From positions 30,134,001 to 30,198,000 of the forward strand of contig NW_024704743.1 of NCBI RefSeq assembly GCF_018977255.1: a DNA stretch of 64,000 nt. The letters are read 5' to 3'. The stretch's first letter is position 1, and each line of letters begins with the position of its first letter. This document shows positions 36,773 through 48,507 of the stretch, in pieces. The position numbers were made by a program, and so were the translations under genes. The notes under the pieces are model-generated. The model saw nothing but the letters and a program-made list of their open reading frames with translations. It searched no databases and had not been told where the DNA came from. The stretch comes from Callorhinchus milii. Its lineage: Eukaryota.

Positions 36773-37250
36773 ACAACAACAACAACAACCTGCACTTATA
36801 TACCGCCCTCCACAAGGGTAGCATCTCAGAGCGCTTAACAGTGATGAAGCCTGACTCTGAGCTGGGGTGGGGAGTAGTGGGGGAGATGACCATAAGTGTG
36901 GTCAAAAAGGAAGGTTTTCAGGCGGGACTTGAAAAAGGGGAGACAGAGGGCAAGGGTGGTGGATTGTGGAGTGAGGAGGTTGGAGAGGTAGGGAGGTGAT
37001 GGGAAGTGAAGGGATTCAAACATGAGTGTGAGGATCTTGAAGTCGATCTGTTCGGTGATGGGGAGCCAGTGGATCCTGGCCAGAACTGGTGAGATGGGGT
37101 TACAGAGTTTAGTCCGGGTCAGTAAGTGGGCGGCAGAGTTCTGAATGAGCTGGACTTTTGGAATAGTGGAGCTCGGAAGATTGGTGAGGAGTGCATTTGA
37201 GTAATCCAGGGAGATGCCAAATTCATGCACGAGGGTTTCGGCTGCATTTG
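36773..37250 (-). mobile_element. Older L2 subfamily 3' fragment with (GTT)n tail
   Basis: AAETLVHEF..SLDYSNALL..LP...QLIQNSAAHLL...HWLPITEQIDFKIL in ORF 36835..37407. Confidence 0.88.
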
Positions 37251-37267
37251 AGGTAATGGCTTCATTT

Positions 37268-37410
37268 GGTGTTAGCTGGTTAAGCTCCAGCCTTATCCCA
37301 AAGTACATTATGGGGTCCCCAAGCTTTGGCTCTTGCTCACCTGTGCCTAATACTCCAGAATTAGGTAAACAGCATGCGTCCCTCCAGGGAGAGAGTTCAC
37401 ATTCCATTCA
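37268..37410 (-). mobile_element. Unassigned ancient repeat 'X', copy 4
   Basis: ttagctggttaagctccag...ggggtccccaagctttggctcttgc...ccagaattaggtaaacag..tccctccagggagagag. Confidence 0.75.
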
Positions 37411-37499
37411 AGAGGGAAAGACACCCGGCTGACCAAAAAAACACAAATTGCTTGAGTTCCACAAAAGCAAATGGAGCCATTCCAGCTTCTCCTCAGAAC

Positions 37500-37828
37500 A
37501 TAATAATAATAATAATAATAATAATCCTTGCATTTGATATGGCGCTTTTCACGTCAGGAAGACGTCCCAAAGCGCTTCACAGAACACACTGTAAAGTGAA
37601 TTGACTGTATATTTGTGGGCGAACGCGGCAGCCAATTGCGCACAGCAATGTCCCACAAACAGTCGTAGATTGAAAATGACCAATTTAATTATTGTTTTTG
37701 TTTTTTGGAGGGATTATTATTAGGCGTGTGGAGTAAGGAAACTTGCCCAAGGTTTCGCCCTGCCTGGAATTGAACTCAGGTCTCTCACTTGCATAGCGAG
37801 TGCTCTAACCACTGAGCTACAGGACTCC
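37500..37828 (-). mobile_element. Full-length tRNA-SINE, short variant (young), abutting a second tail fragment at 37832-37950
   Basis: Complete head, body and tail; very similar to the 141 and 43161 copies. Confidence 0.94.
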
Positions 37829-38786
37829 ACGATAATAATAATAATAATCCTTGCATTTGATATAGCGCCTTATCACGTCATTGAGACATCTCAAAGCGCT
37901 TCACAGAATATATTGTAAAGTGAATTGACTGTGTATTTTGTAGGCAAAACCTACACAATCAGACTTACAGGTCCAAATCCCCCAAATAAAATCAGTTGTT
38001 CACTTCATGGCTGTTTGTGGGACATTGCTCTGTGAAAATGGGTTGCCGCATTTGCCTACACATACAGTCACTACACTTTGCAGTAAATCCTGTGGAGTGC
38101 TTTGAGATGTTTTGATGATATAAGGCACTACATCAGATGCAAAAATTATTGTCATTATAAATTGGAGAGATGCAGAGCCTGAATCTCTTGGTATAATTTT
38201 ACTCCATCTTGCAAGATTTACATCTTGTAATGGATGCACTATTGACACTATGTTTTTATAAAATGATTTCCATTAAATAATCATTGAAGTCAAGTCATAT
38301 AACATATCCAGCAGTGTAAATAGTCTGCTTACATTTGCTACGCTGTGTATCGCTCTCATTACTTAGAAGCTTTTTTCTTTTAAAAACACACCCTGGCTGT
38401 ACTTGTCACATTCACAAGATGATTACCAAGCTTAAAATCACTGCAAACCTTAAATTTTATGAAGGACTAATTTTCTGAATTTGCAAATACGTCATTAGCA
38501 GACACTACAGCTGGGAAAGTTTCATTTTTCTCTCTTGCTAAGCCTGTAACATTTTCAGTGCAAAAGCAGTGCCGCTTGCAACTAACGGTAAGAGACTTGT
38601 ATCCATGGCTACTGCTCTGAAAGGGTCACCTTCAGGAAATTCTACATGAAGAATAACAGGGATAATGAAACTTCATGTTGGAGCTGATAAGTACAAGCTT
38701 TATCATACAGCATTATAATTACCTGTGTTTTTGAAGTCTGTTTGTTATAATGGGCAGTGTGTGTTTGAAACTATTACAATGATTTT

Positions 38787-39043
38787 ATAATAATAATAAT
38801 CCTTGCATTTGATATAGTGTCGGGAGGACGTCACAAAGGGCTTCACAGAACACACTGTAAAGTGAATTAACTGTATATTTGTGGGCGAACGCGGCAGCCA
38901 ATTGCGCACAGCAATGTCCCACAAACAGTCATGGATCGAAAATGACCAATTTATTATTTTTTTTGATTTTGGAGGGATTATTATTAGGCGTGTGGAGTAA
39001 GGAAACTTGCCCAAGGTTTCGCCCTGCCTGGAATTGATCTCAG
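38787..39043 (-). mobile_element. tRNA-SINE short variant, head partly truncated
   Basis: Tail to B box present. Confidence 0.9.
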
Positions 39044-39374
39044 GTAGTTATCTGTAGTTCTGAGGTAGAAGCTAAAGTTCTGAGCTTTCTTTTCTAAAAA
39101 CAAACAAACATTAAATGATGTGATTATGCAGATAATCTGGAGGGCAGTCACTGTGTTTGTCAGTTGTTGTGGGGAGAAGTGAAAGGGGTTTGTTCCCTGT
39201 CTGCTACCTGGAGGCGAGTATATCCTCAGCTCTCTATATTCCTACTACTCACCAAACCTGAGGCTTATGACTTTTCATATCAACGTACTATCAGGAGAGT
39301 CCTTCATTAACCTGACAGGGCACAAAATGAAAGCACCAGTCTTAAACCATGAGGATATTCTACCTCAAGACCCT

Positions 39375-39484
39375 CCTCTTCGACCGTGCTCCCCCACCCC
39401 GACCCTCTGTCTGTCCAGCGCCTTGGGACGTCCTCCCGACGTGAAAGGCGCTATACAAATGTAATTTTGTTATTTTGTTGTTAT
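39375..39484 (+). mobile_element. L2 3' tail
   Basis: ctgtccagcgccttgggacgtcctcccgacgtgaaaggcgctatacaaatg. Confidence 0.85.
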
Positions 39485-40274
39485 CATCCAATAACAAAAT
39501 GCATTTATTTCAATAAATTAGTCTGTTGCCCATTTTTTTTCTTCATCCTGGGCTACTGTTTCCTAAATGTTTTCTAAATGAAAGCTTCAACCTCTACTGC
39601 AAACAAAACATAATAATCATTTAACGAGATAAGAGTAGGTGCAAAAACAAATTCTGAGCAGATTCTTGGAAACTTAGCCTCTGTAGACTTCTAGCCTCGT
39701 TGGAGATTCTTTTAACCTTGTGAAAAATGATTTTATTTGTGCGTGCTCGCACTTTCCCCATTTCACAACATAATGAATTGTAATGTTGTCAACCGCTCGG
39801 TCCATTTTCTCAACAAATGACTGGCTGAGGGCTGTGGGCACCATGTGCATACCAAAGAAAATGAACCTCATCAAGCTTGTCTCGGAGATGACAGATCAGG
39901 CTGGACTGTCTCTTGCATATGCCTCGGTGCCTAAATTGCCTTTATCAGCAGGTTAAAAAGCTCCTTAAAATTGTTATATTTACAAACGGTTGCAAAACTA
40001 AGGCCAATGTGTGTCAGATGAAGGGTCAGACCTGGCTCAGTGACCTAACTTTCTATTTCACATACCAATTGACCTCCTCGGTATTTCAAGCAGTTTTCTG
40101 TTTAAATTATTATTAATATCAAATGGAAAGACTAATAATAGTCTTTGCATTTGATATACAGCCTTCCAGGTCAGTAGGCCATCTCAAAAAGCTTCACAAG
40201 ATTTACTGCAAAGTGCAGTGACTATGTATAGATGAACTATTTCAATTTTGCATTTTTTCTCTTTCTCCTTAAAG

Positions 40275-40464
40275 CTATTTCAGAGCATAATCTGCCTTGC
40301 CACTTCCTTCCCCATCTTCAGATTGTGCCTGAAGACCTTCTTCTTTGACCGTGTCTATGGTCACCTCCCCACCTCCCCTGGCTCAGGATCGCGCTGCACC
40401 ACTGTCAAGCGCTCTGAGACGCTACCCTGAGTGAAGGTCCCTATGTAAATGCAAGTTGTTATTG
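40275..40464 (+). mobile_element. Old L2 3' fragment
   Basis: cctgaagaccttcttctttgaccgtg...actgtcaagcgctctgagacgctaccctgagtgaagg..taaatgcaagttg. Confidence 0.75.
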
Positions 40465-40617
40465 TACGGTATTTCTAAACTTATTGCTGGCGATAATTAA
40501 GGAAAGAAATGCGTTAAGAAATGCTACAATTTTGACCCCTTTAGGTTATCATGAAAGGAATTAATGTCCTAATTTGAAGGAATGGATGCAGGACACAAAG
40601 TCAGGGACACTCCTCAC

Positions 40618-40722
40618 CACTTTGATCGTAGCTTTGAAGTTCGGGGGCTCTGATCTTGCAATCTGGTCCATGCCTTCCATTGACCAATAAAAGATAATAG
40701 TATTGAATCTCCTTTCAGACAT
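40618..40722 (-). other. Candidate first coding exon (MSERRFNTIIFYWSMEGMDQIARSEPPNFKATIKV), unverified
   Basis: ACC-ATG start context, 35 open codons, phase-0 donor GTG|GTGAGG, in a repeat-poor block; peptide not recognised. Confidence 0.25.
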
Positions 40723-43076
40723 GGTGTTGAAATGGTGGTGCTGAGTACAGTCATTGCTTGATTCATTGCTTTCTTGACATAAGCTTTTTAATTAACCCTT
40801 GTGTTGTGGTATCCGGGGCCTGGGATATGCTCACCATACGGCCTCGATACTTATTCAGCAGGGTAGGGATTATGATAGATAATTATTCAGCAATTGTCAT
40901 GCTCATTGGTAAAGAGCAGGGTGACTTAGAGCAGGATGACATCATGCAGGCTGGAAAAGTGAGATTCGCAGGGGGCCCGGGCAGAGCACAGCTACACCAG
41001 GCAATGTTAAACAAGCTGATTGTTTCAGCCCAGGGCTTACAGCAGCAGTCAGGAGTAAGTACAGGCACGCTGAGAGGTTTATCTGTTCATCATTTTCCTC
41101 GTTGACAGGAGCACACAGCCTGCAAGGGCTGTGATAACATCACAAAGCAGCAGACAGTGCACTGGTGCACCATTACCATTTTGCAAAGGCAACACTTGGC
41201 AACCTAGTGTTTAATGGTTACTTAACCTATACTAATCAAATAACTACTGTACAATATTAATTGATCTTTAAATGATTGTTTTTTTACTAGTGATGCAGAC
41301 AATGCAATAATTACAGGTTAATGGGGGAAGTAAAAAGTAGAAGTAACCTAATTCTATCAATGACTTGATATCTCAATCTATTATTTGTAACAGTTTTGAT
41401 TCTACGATGAGTAAGCTGTTTCACTATAATTCATGTTGTGTGATAGTCTGTTAACCATGAAAAGATGACCACATTGTGGTCTAACCTGTGTTTTTTCTTG
41501 ATAAGGAATCACCTTAGAATACCTGTTCATCCATGGGAACTGCATTCTGGAAGCAGAGAGATTAACATCAACAGATGGGTTAAGGTCACATCAGCAGATC
41601 ATATATGCACATCAACAGATTGGTTACATACCAATAGATAGGTTAACATCACATCGATCCTCGGGACCTCTGATCCAACACGGTTCACTTCCCAATGCAG
41701 AGTTTCCACTGGAATTGCATTGGACGGTAATTCTAACTGGATTTCTTATTGAGAAATGCTGAAAGTTAAACCCACAGTGTGTTCACGTTTTCATGGTTGA
41801 CTGACTAGATGCTATATGAATTGAAAGGGGCATCTTTGCCTAGATTACGACCCAAAACCAAGGATGAAGCTCTCTGTCTCCCAAGGGTGTGAATACTCTG
41901 GGGCTGAATGAGCGAAAGGCGACATAAATTGTACATCTTTCAGTTCATACCATTCAGTTGCAAATTAAGTAAGAACCTGCTTCAAGATTGAGGTGAAAGA
42001 AACATATTTGAAATGCATACTCTTCCGTATTGATATGTTGCTATTATATCTGTGTTAGTTTGATTTCAGGAAGGAAGCCGTGCTACATACAGAATGTAAC
42101 ATGGATAGATGAATTCCTTCACTTGTGGTTACGCTCCCTACGGAGTTAGGCTGCATCAATATATTACCAGATGTCAACGCACATCTTATTGTGGAGATGG
42201 GACTGGCCATTGTGTGACCTTCTGAGAAGACATCTTGCTGAGGCAATATACCATAGCTCGTTATTTCATTAAGAAGCAGCTACTATTTATAGATATTGGC
42301 ACTTGTACAGGAGAGTAGGGGGCGGGGAAAAGAGGCAAGTAAATGTGTCAGCTCTTCCATTAGTGAAGGTCAGTTGGCTTTGGTGGGTCACCTATGCCTT
42401 TATTCATGGTACTAATTGTCTCATTCTGAAAAATGTTGTCAGCAGATCCCAAGGCTCAGAAAGATTGAGCAAAAATGAACATAAGGTGCAAGCTAGTTAG
42501 TTTCCCCAATGCAAATGGTCCTCGTAGCAGCTTGAGCAACTTGGAAGCTCGGAAGTGTTCACTTGTGACCACTGCAGAACAATTCATTTCCAGTCACACA
42601 TCTCAGAGTGTATTGGTCAGGTTCAACAAGGAAGACCAATAGGCTAGAATATGTTATTTATTGAAAAGAATACCTGGCATCAAAGTTATTTGAGTTAGTC
42701 AAGTATTAGTTCACAGACCTGACCTTCATTTAACACAGGTCAGTAAGGTGGGAGGAACGAGAGTGGATTTTTTATTTTAATACCCAAAGGGGTCTTAAAA
42801 TAGGGGTTCCAAGGACTACCTAGAATTCTTTTTTTATTGGTGGTTAGGTACACAATAAGGACATCTGTGTTGCTTTGGACAAGGTTAACCAACCCACATT
42901 TTAGGCACCAATGTATTGGAAATAAGCAATTATACTTCTTTAAACAAGAGGCATTAATGGAGAGAATAAGCAAACAAGCTTTTGCACAGTGCTTTATGTG
43001 GTGCAAATTTACCATGTGTACATTAGTCTGAAAGCCCACTTACAGAAAAGACACTAGTGCAATATTTACTTGCAGG

Positions 43077-43489
43077 TAATAATAATAATCCTTGTATTTG
43101 ATACAGCAATATTCGTGTCAGGAGGATGTCCCAAAGCGGATCACAAGATTTACTGTAAAATAATAATAATAATAATAATCCTTGCATTTGATATAGCGCT
43201 TTTCACGTCTGGAGGACGTCCCAAAGCGCTTCACAGAACACACTGTAAAGTGAATTGACTGTATATTTGTAGGCGAACGTGGCAGCCAATTGCGCACAGC
43301 AATGTCCCACAAACAGTCGTAGATTGAAAATGACCAATTTATTATTGTTTTTTGGTTTTGGAGGGATTATTATTAGGCTCTGTGTGGAGTAAGGAAACTT
43401 GCCCAAGGTTTCGCCCTGACCTGCCTGGAATTGAACTCGGGTCTCTCACTTGCAAAGTGAGTGCTCTAACCACTGAGCTACAGGACTCC
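43077..43489 (-). mobile_element. Full-length tRNA-SINE (43161-43489) stacked on an older tail (43077-43159)
   Basis: Two consecutive taataatccttg(t/c)atttgata tails; complete head ending at 43489. Confidence 0.92.
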
Positions 43490-44865
43490 ACATGTAGTGA
43501 CTGTGTAAATTGTAGGTGAATATGGGAACCAATTTGCATATAGCAATGTCCTACCAAACAGCCATGAAGGGAATGGCTACTATTTTGTATCTGACTGATT
43601 GTTGACCAGCACAGTTTCCGTGACTGCAATAGCAAAAAAGTTTTTTTATATAAAAAAGGAAAAAAAAGTCAACTTGATTTCATGTGAAAGATTAACCTTT
43701 GGTAAAATAGAAGCTGCTCTGTGTTTCTTAATGTAAAAATTGATAGGGAACAAAATTCATGTCCCACTGAGTAAAAACGTAAGAAAACATGCAACAAGAA
43801 AGGTCATTCAGTCCATGGAAAATCTACCCTATCCATTCATCTACCTGGGGAAGCTTTACACAGATACTTCCTTAACCCCAAGTCAACCAAACAACAACAA
43901 CAACTTGCATTTGTATAGCGCTGTTCATGAGGGGCAGCGTCTGGGAGCGCCTAAACAAACACTCTGAAATACTTTACCATTGCCACATCTCCTTCCTGAA
44001 CCTATCCATGTAGCATAGCTTTGCACCTGCTACCCATCCATGCATCTATCTCACACACTTACTTCAAAGATGTGGAGCAAATGTTATCCTTCAGCCTGCC
44101 ACAATGGGGTCTTGCAGCATTGAGACCCAAACCTTGGGCAGCTGAGGCTGCTCAGATGGATACCTTGCTACTGGCATTTACTTGGATAATTGTCTCGGTT
44201 AAATTTGACCCCACTCCTCATGACGGCATTCAGGTCAAGAGATAGTAAACATAATTAGGATCGGCTGGAAATTGGGAATGATTGACCTTTCCTCAACCAA
44301 CAGTATTTTGGCTTGATGGAAGCAGAAGGCGGTAGGTGTAAGATGAACGGCTGCTTCACGATGTGCCAATTATTCTGTGCGAACGATACAAATAATAAAG
44401 ATGAGCTGGGTTCGTGCTGGGTTCCATGCACAGACTCCACAGTTGAAGGAAGAGCTTAGATGATCCTTCTTATGAATATAGGAGCCCTTGGGAAGATGAA
44501 CAAACAGATTCTGAAGGTAACATTGAGAGCTGTAAGAACAAAATTAACGTTCTCCACTGCCGCAAACATGTTTAGAGTTATTTTCTGATAAGTTTCACTG
44601 TTGTTAGATTAGGCTAAATATTAGCTGAATATTAATATATAATGCAATACACATTGAAATGTTTTCTCAGTGATTGCTTGTGGAATTGGCTGGCCTGCGG
44701 GTCAGCGAGGAAGATAATGCTACGGTGGAATAAGGCATTTTTTTCAGTTAAGTTTTCAATGAATCTTATTTTGTTGATCTGAAGAAGAAGAGTCAGAAGA
44801 AGTAAACATCATACGTTATGGACAGTTCAAAGAGCAGCGAAGTTCACCTTTATTGTAAAATGAGA

Positions 44866-45280
44866 TTGCATTCTTATAGCTGCTTATCACAGCAAAATGT
44901 AGCAAAGTGCTTTACAAATAAAGATTGACAAATGTACTGTCCCACTTCTTCCCACTCAGCTCCTGTTAACCCTGAAGGCAAATGGTTAGCGTGGTCCAAG
45001 CTGGACAAGCAGCAGGAAAGCTTGCCAGGCAGTGCTCTCAATGGTAAGCTGTGTGGTTTTAGCTGGTCAGATTCCAGCAGAACCAAACGCACACTCTGGG
45101 GTCCCCAAGCCTTGGCTCTTGCCAACCTGTATATAATAACGTAAGCAGGGTGAGAGAGTGCACATTCATTTCCAATAAACATCTTTGGAATTTCCATTTG
45201 TAGGTGGAATGCATGGAATTATCAGTTTGGTTCGGATACTCTAAAGCATGGTGATACGTTCTTCATGTGTCAGACAGACC
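44866..45280 (-). mobile_element. Unassigned ancient repeat 'X', longest copy (5), ending in an L2-type tail
   Basis: Overlaps all other copies; reverse-complement 3' end gtaaagcactttg...aagcagctataagaatgcaat. Confidence 0.8.
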
Positions 45281-45678
45281 CCCCCCAAAAAGAGTCTGCA
45301 AACCCAGCTACCGAGAGCTCCACATATGTGTGGTTTCTGTTTGTCTGGTATTTTATTATTATTATGGATGCACACTCTCTTCCCAGAGGATTGTAATACC
45401 CACATTGACTTCAGGTGCAGGTGGGCAAGTCAAGGCTGTGTGTTGGAGTTTAATCAGCTAAGACTGCTCAGCCTAACTTTGCAGTCAGGAGGGGTTATCA
45501 GTGGGAAAGGCAAACTCAGCATTGGAAATGAGGAACTATGAAATTAAAATTGCACAGGCTAGAGAGCAAGGAGATGGATTAGGACAAGTTAGAACCAGGG
45601 GAGAGAACGAGAAGGTAGGAAATAGTCAGGGGAGAGGACATGAAGCGAGAAAATAACCTCAGGAGAGGATAATATTAG

Positions 45679-45836
45679 TAATAATAATAATCCTTGCATT
45701 TGATATAACGCCTTATCACATCATTCAGACGACTCAAAGCGCTTCACAGAATATACTGTAAAGTGAATTGACTGCATACTTTGAGGGCAAAACACAGCAG
45801 CCAATTGCGTACAGCACTGGCCCACAAACAGTCGTA
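45679..45836 (-). mobile_element. tRNA-SINE 3' half
   Basis: (TAA)n tail to cccacaaacagtcgtag. Confidence 0.88.
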
Positions 45837-46633
45837 GTCAGGACTTAGTCAAGAGAAAGGACAGGAAACTACGAGATAGCCAGAGGGGAATAGACAGAGA
45901 GCTACCTATCTAAAGAAAGTAAAGCTGGGGGAGAAGACAGGGAGTTGAAATGTAGCAAGTTACTGCCAGTCAGGAGATAGCAAGACAAAGACAGGATCAG
46001 AGAGCTGAAAGAGAATGAAACAGTTAATACAGAGAAATGAAAGAATTGGGACAGAATAAGACCAAAGCCAGGATCAGAGAACAAAATAAGAGCTAGACAT
46101 AGCTGGGAGCCAGATTAGAGAGCAGGTACTGAATGATAAACAGCCAGGAGAAAGCAGAGCCAAGCAGGAGGCACGGTGTTGAAATAGATTAAAAAGTGGG
46201 AAAGAGCCAAGGTAAAAAGAAGAGGTCTGTATTAACCTGAAATCCTACCTTTATCTGTATGCAAGTAACTCACAACTAAATTATACCTGTGCCACAGTAT
46301 TACAATAGTGTTCATATACAAATTGTCATTATACAACAGTAAATCTTGTGAAGTGTTTTGAAATGTTTTGACGACACGATATGGCGCTATATCAAATGCA
46401 AGGATTATTATTATAATTATTGCAAGATTTACTCCAATTGGTAATACAGATTGGTAGCTTTCTAACACTTTGCCCCTGTGATATGCAAATATTTAAAACT
46501 GGACAATATGTCCACTCATCACACTGTTTTTCTGTCTGCAGGAAATTTGGCACATTTAAGTGCTCCGAGATGCTACCCTGAGTGAAAGGCACTATATAAA
46601 TGCAAATTGTTTTGCCTATTGTTTGGTACATCA

Positions 46634-46933
46634 GGAGTCCTGTAGCTCAGTGGTTAGAGCACTTACCTCGCAAGCGAGAGATCTGGGTTCGATTCCTGGC
46701 AGGGCAAAACCTTGGGCAAGTTTCCTTACTCCACATGTCTGATAATAATCCTGCAAAGAAAAAGAATAACGAAATTGGTCACTTCAATCCACGACTATTT
46801 GTAGGACACTGCTGTGATTCGCCCACAAATGTACAGTCAATTTACTTTACAGTCTATTCTGTGAAGCGCTTTGAGATGTCTAGAAGATGTGAAAAAGCAC
46901 TATATCAAATGCAAAGATTATTATTATTATTAT
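46634..46933 (+). mobile_element. Full-length tRNA-SINE, short variant
   Basis: ggagtcctgtagctcagtggttagagcac...gggttcgattcctggcaggg; (TTA)n tail. Confidence 0.92.
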
Positions 46934-47751
46934 CTGCATACCACTGCACATTTTTCACGATTGCTGCTGATGGGTTCAATAGTTCATTTATTTTGATTTC
47001 AGACTTCAAAATCAGAAAAGCTGAAATATAGATTTCTGGACAATGAAACCCGCAATTCTCTGTGAGTGAGGAAGTAATGTGAGAGCCCAAAGTTTCCATG
47101 TTCTTGATTATGGAGAACGGCAGTTTTGATCATATAAGAATAGGATTCTGGCTTAACTCGGGTGGTCTCCAGCAAAGTAGCACTAAAGATGCTGCCTCAG
47201 AGCTGAAAAAATAACTTTTTTATTTGCTTGGCACTGAAAAAAAGATGGCTATGATTTTTTTTAACAGCTCGTAAGGTTCAAACCATTGTGCCCAAACTAC
47301 GGGGATGTTTAGACCTGAAACCAGTCAATGATTATCAGCTAATTTTCCTCCATTTCTCAAATTTCCTGCTATTGAATGAGGTGCCCCAGGGTCTATACCC
47401 AATTTACGATTTCACATTGATGTCTCACTCTTGACACCATTTACATTGGTTTGTCAAGGAGTCACTTGTGTGGTATAATTGGATGTCTAAGTAATCTACG
47501 CTGCACATAGCAATCTATGTGGTTTTCAATGTCAATTTGGGATGTCATGTCCTCAAAGTGTCTATGAGGATGGGCAGGAAAGAACCATCCCCTCTGAAGT
47601 CATATTGACTATTATTTATTAGTTTATTTTCATATGTTTAGATATGTTTTCTTGGAATGATTGAGAGTATCTGAGGTTGGAATAATGGGTCTGAGATTGC
47701 CGGGTAAGACTCTGTCACCTTGAACATGATTGATGTGCATGTGCATCTGAA

Positions 47752-48408
47752 AGTTTCCACATGTATGCGGATGACAGCCAACTCTATCTCTCTGCCTTCA
47801 CTCTCGACTCCAGGATCGCTGTTGTCCTGACAAAATGTCTGTCAGACATCAAGTCCTAGATGAGAGCCAAATTTCTCCAGCTGAACATTGACAAGACTGA
47901 AGCCCTCTTGCTTGATTCCCATCATCGCCGCCTCACTTCAGGCACTAAAAGCAGCTTGTGTCCTCTCCCATACCAAGCTTCATTAACTTATCATCCCTAC
48001 CCTCTCCCAGCTCCACTGGCTTCCCATCCTTCAGAGGATCAAGTTTAAAATCCTCCTCCTCACTTTTAAAGCCTCCACGATTGTGCTCCTCCCTATCTCT
48101 GTCACCTCTTAGCACTATAACCAACCTGTCCACTCCCTCCGTTCAGCAGACCTGGCCTGCTCCATGTCACCTGCCCTGCTCCCCCACCAATGGCAGGTTT
48201 TCTGCCCCCACCCTCTGGAACTCCATCCGTGAATCCCTCCATCTCACCCCCTCCCTCGTCTCCTTCAAGACCATCGCTTTGACCACGCTTTCGGCCATGC
48301 TCCCACCCTCCCTCCCCTTGATTCCAAACCCCAGCTCAGATTAAACCCTTAAAAGTCCAGTATTTTGGGACATCCTTCTGATGTGAAAGGTGCTATATAA
48401 ATGGAATG
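47752..48408 (+). mobile_element. Decayed L2 with internal deletion
   Basis: FHMYADDSQLYLS...MRAKFLQLNIDKTEALL, then jumps to LHWLPILQRIKFKILLLTFKAS; tail at 48355-48408. Confidence 0.85.
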
Positions 48409-48507
48409 CGAACATTTCTGAATCGGAGGTAAATGTCAACTGAATGTGCATAAACCAAACTGGCCATTCTTACATCTCCATGTCCTCTGTTATCCTATGG
48501 GCTCTGT

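Noticed and set aside
35903..36795. Long ORFs of 253 and 274 aa as host genes
   Set aside because: They are the L2 ORF2 C-terminus and an alternative frame running through a G/C tract.
38559..38587. Possible 29-nt plus-strand microexon (ttttcag|...ACG|gtaaga)
   Set aside because: Frame-shifting length, unrecognised peptide, and such site pairs arise by chance.
40758..41105. 115-aa plus-strand ORF
   Set aside because: No recognisable domain, a non-ATG start in the ORF track and no convincing exon structure.
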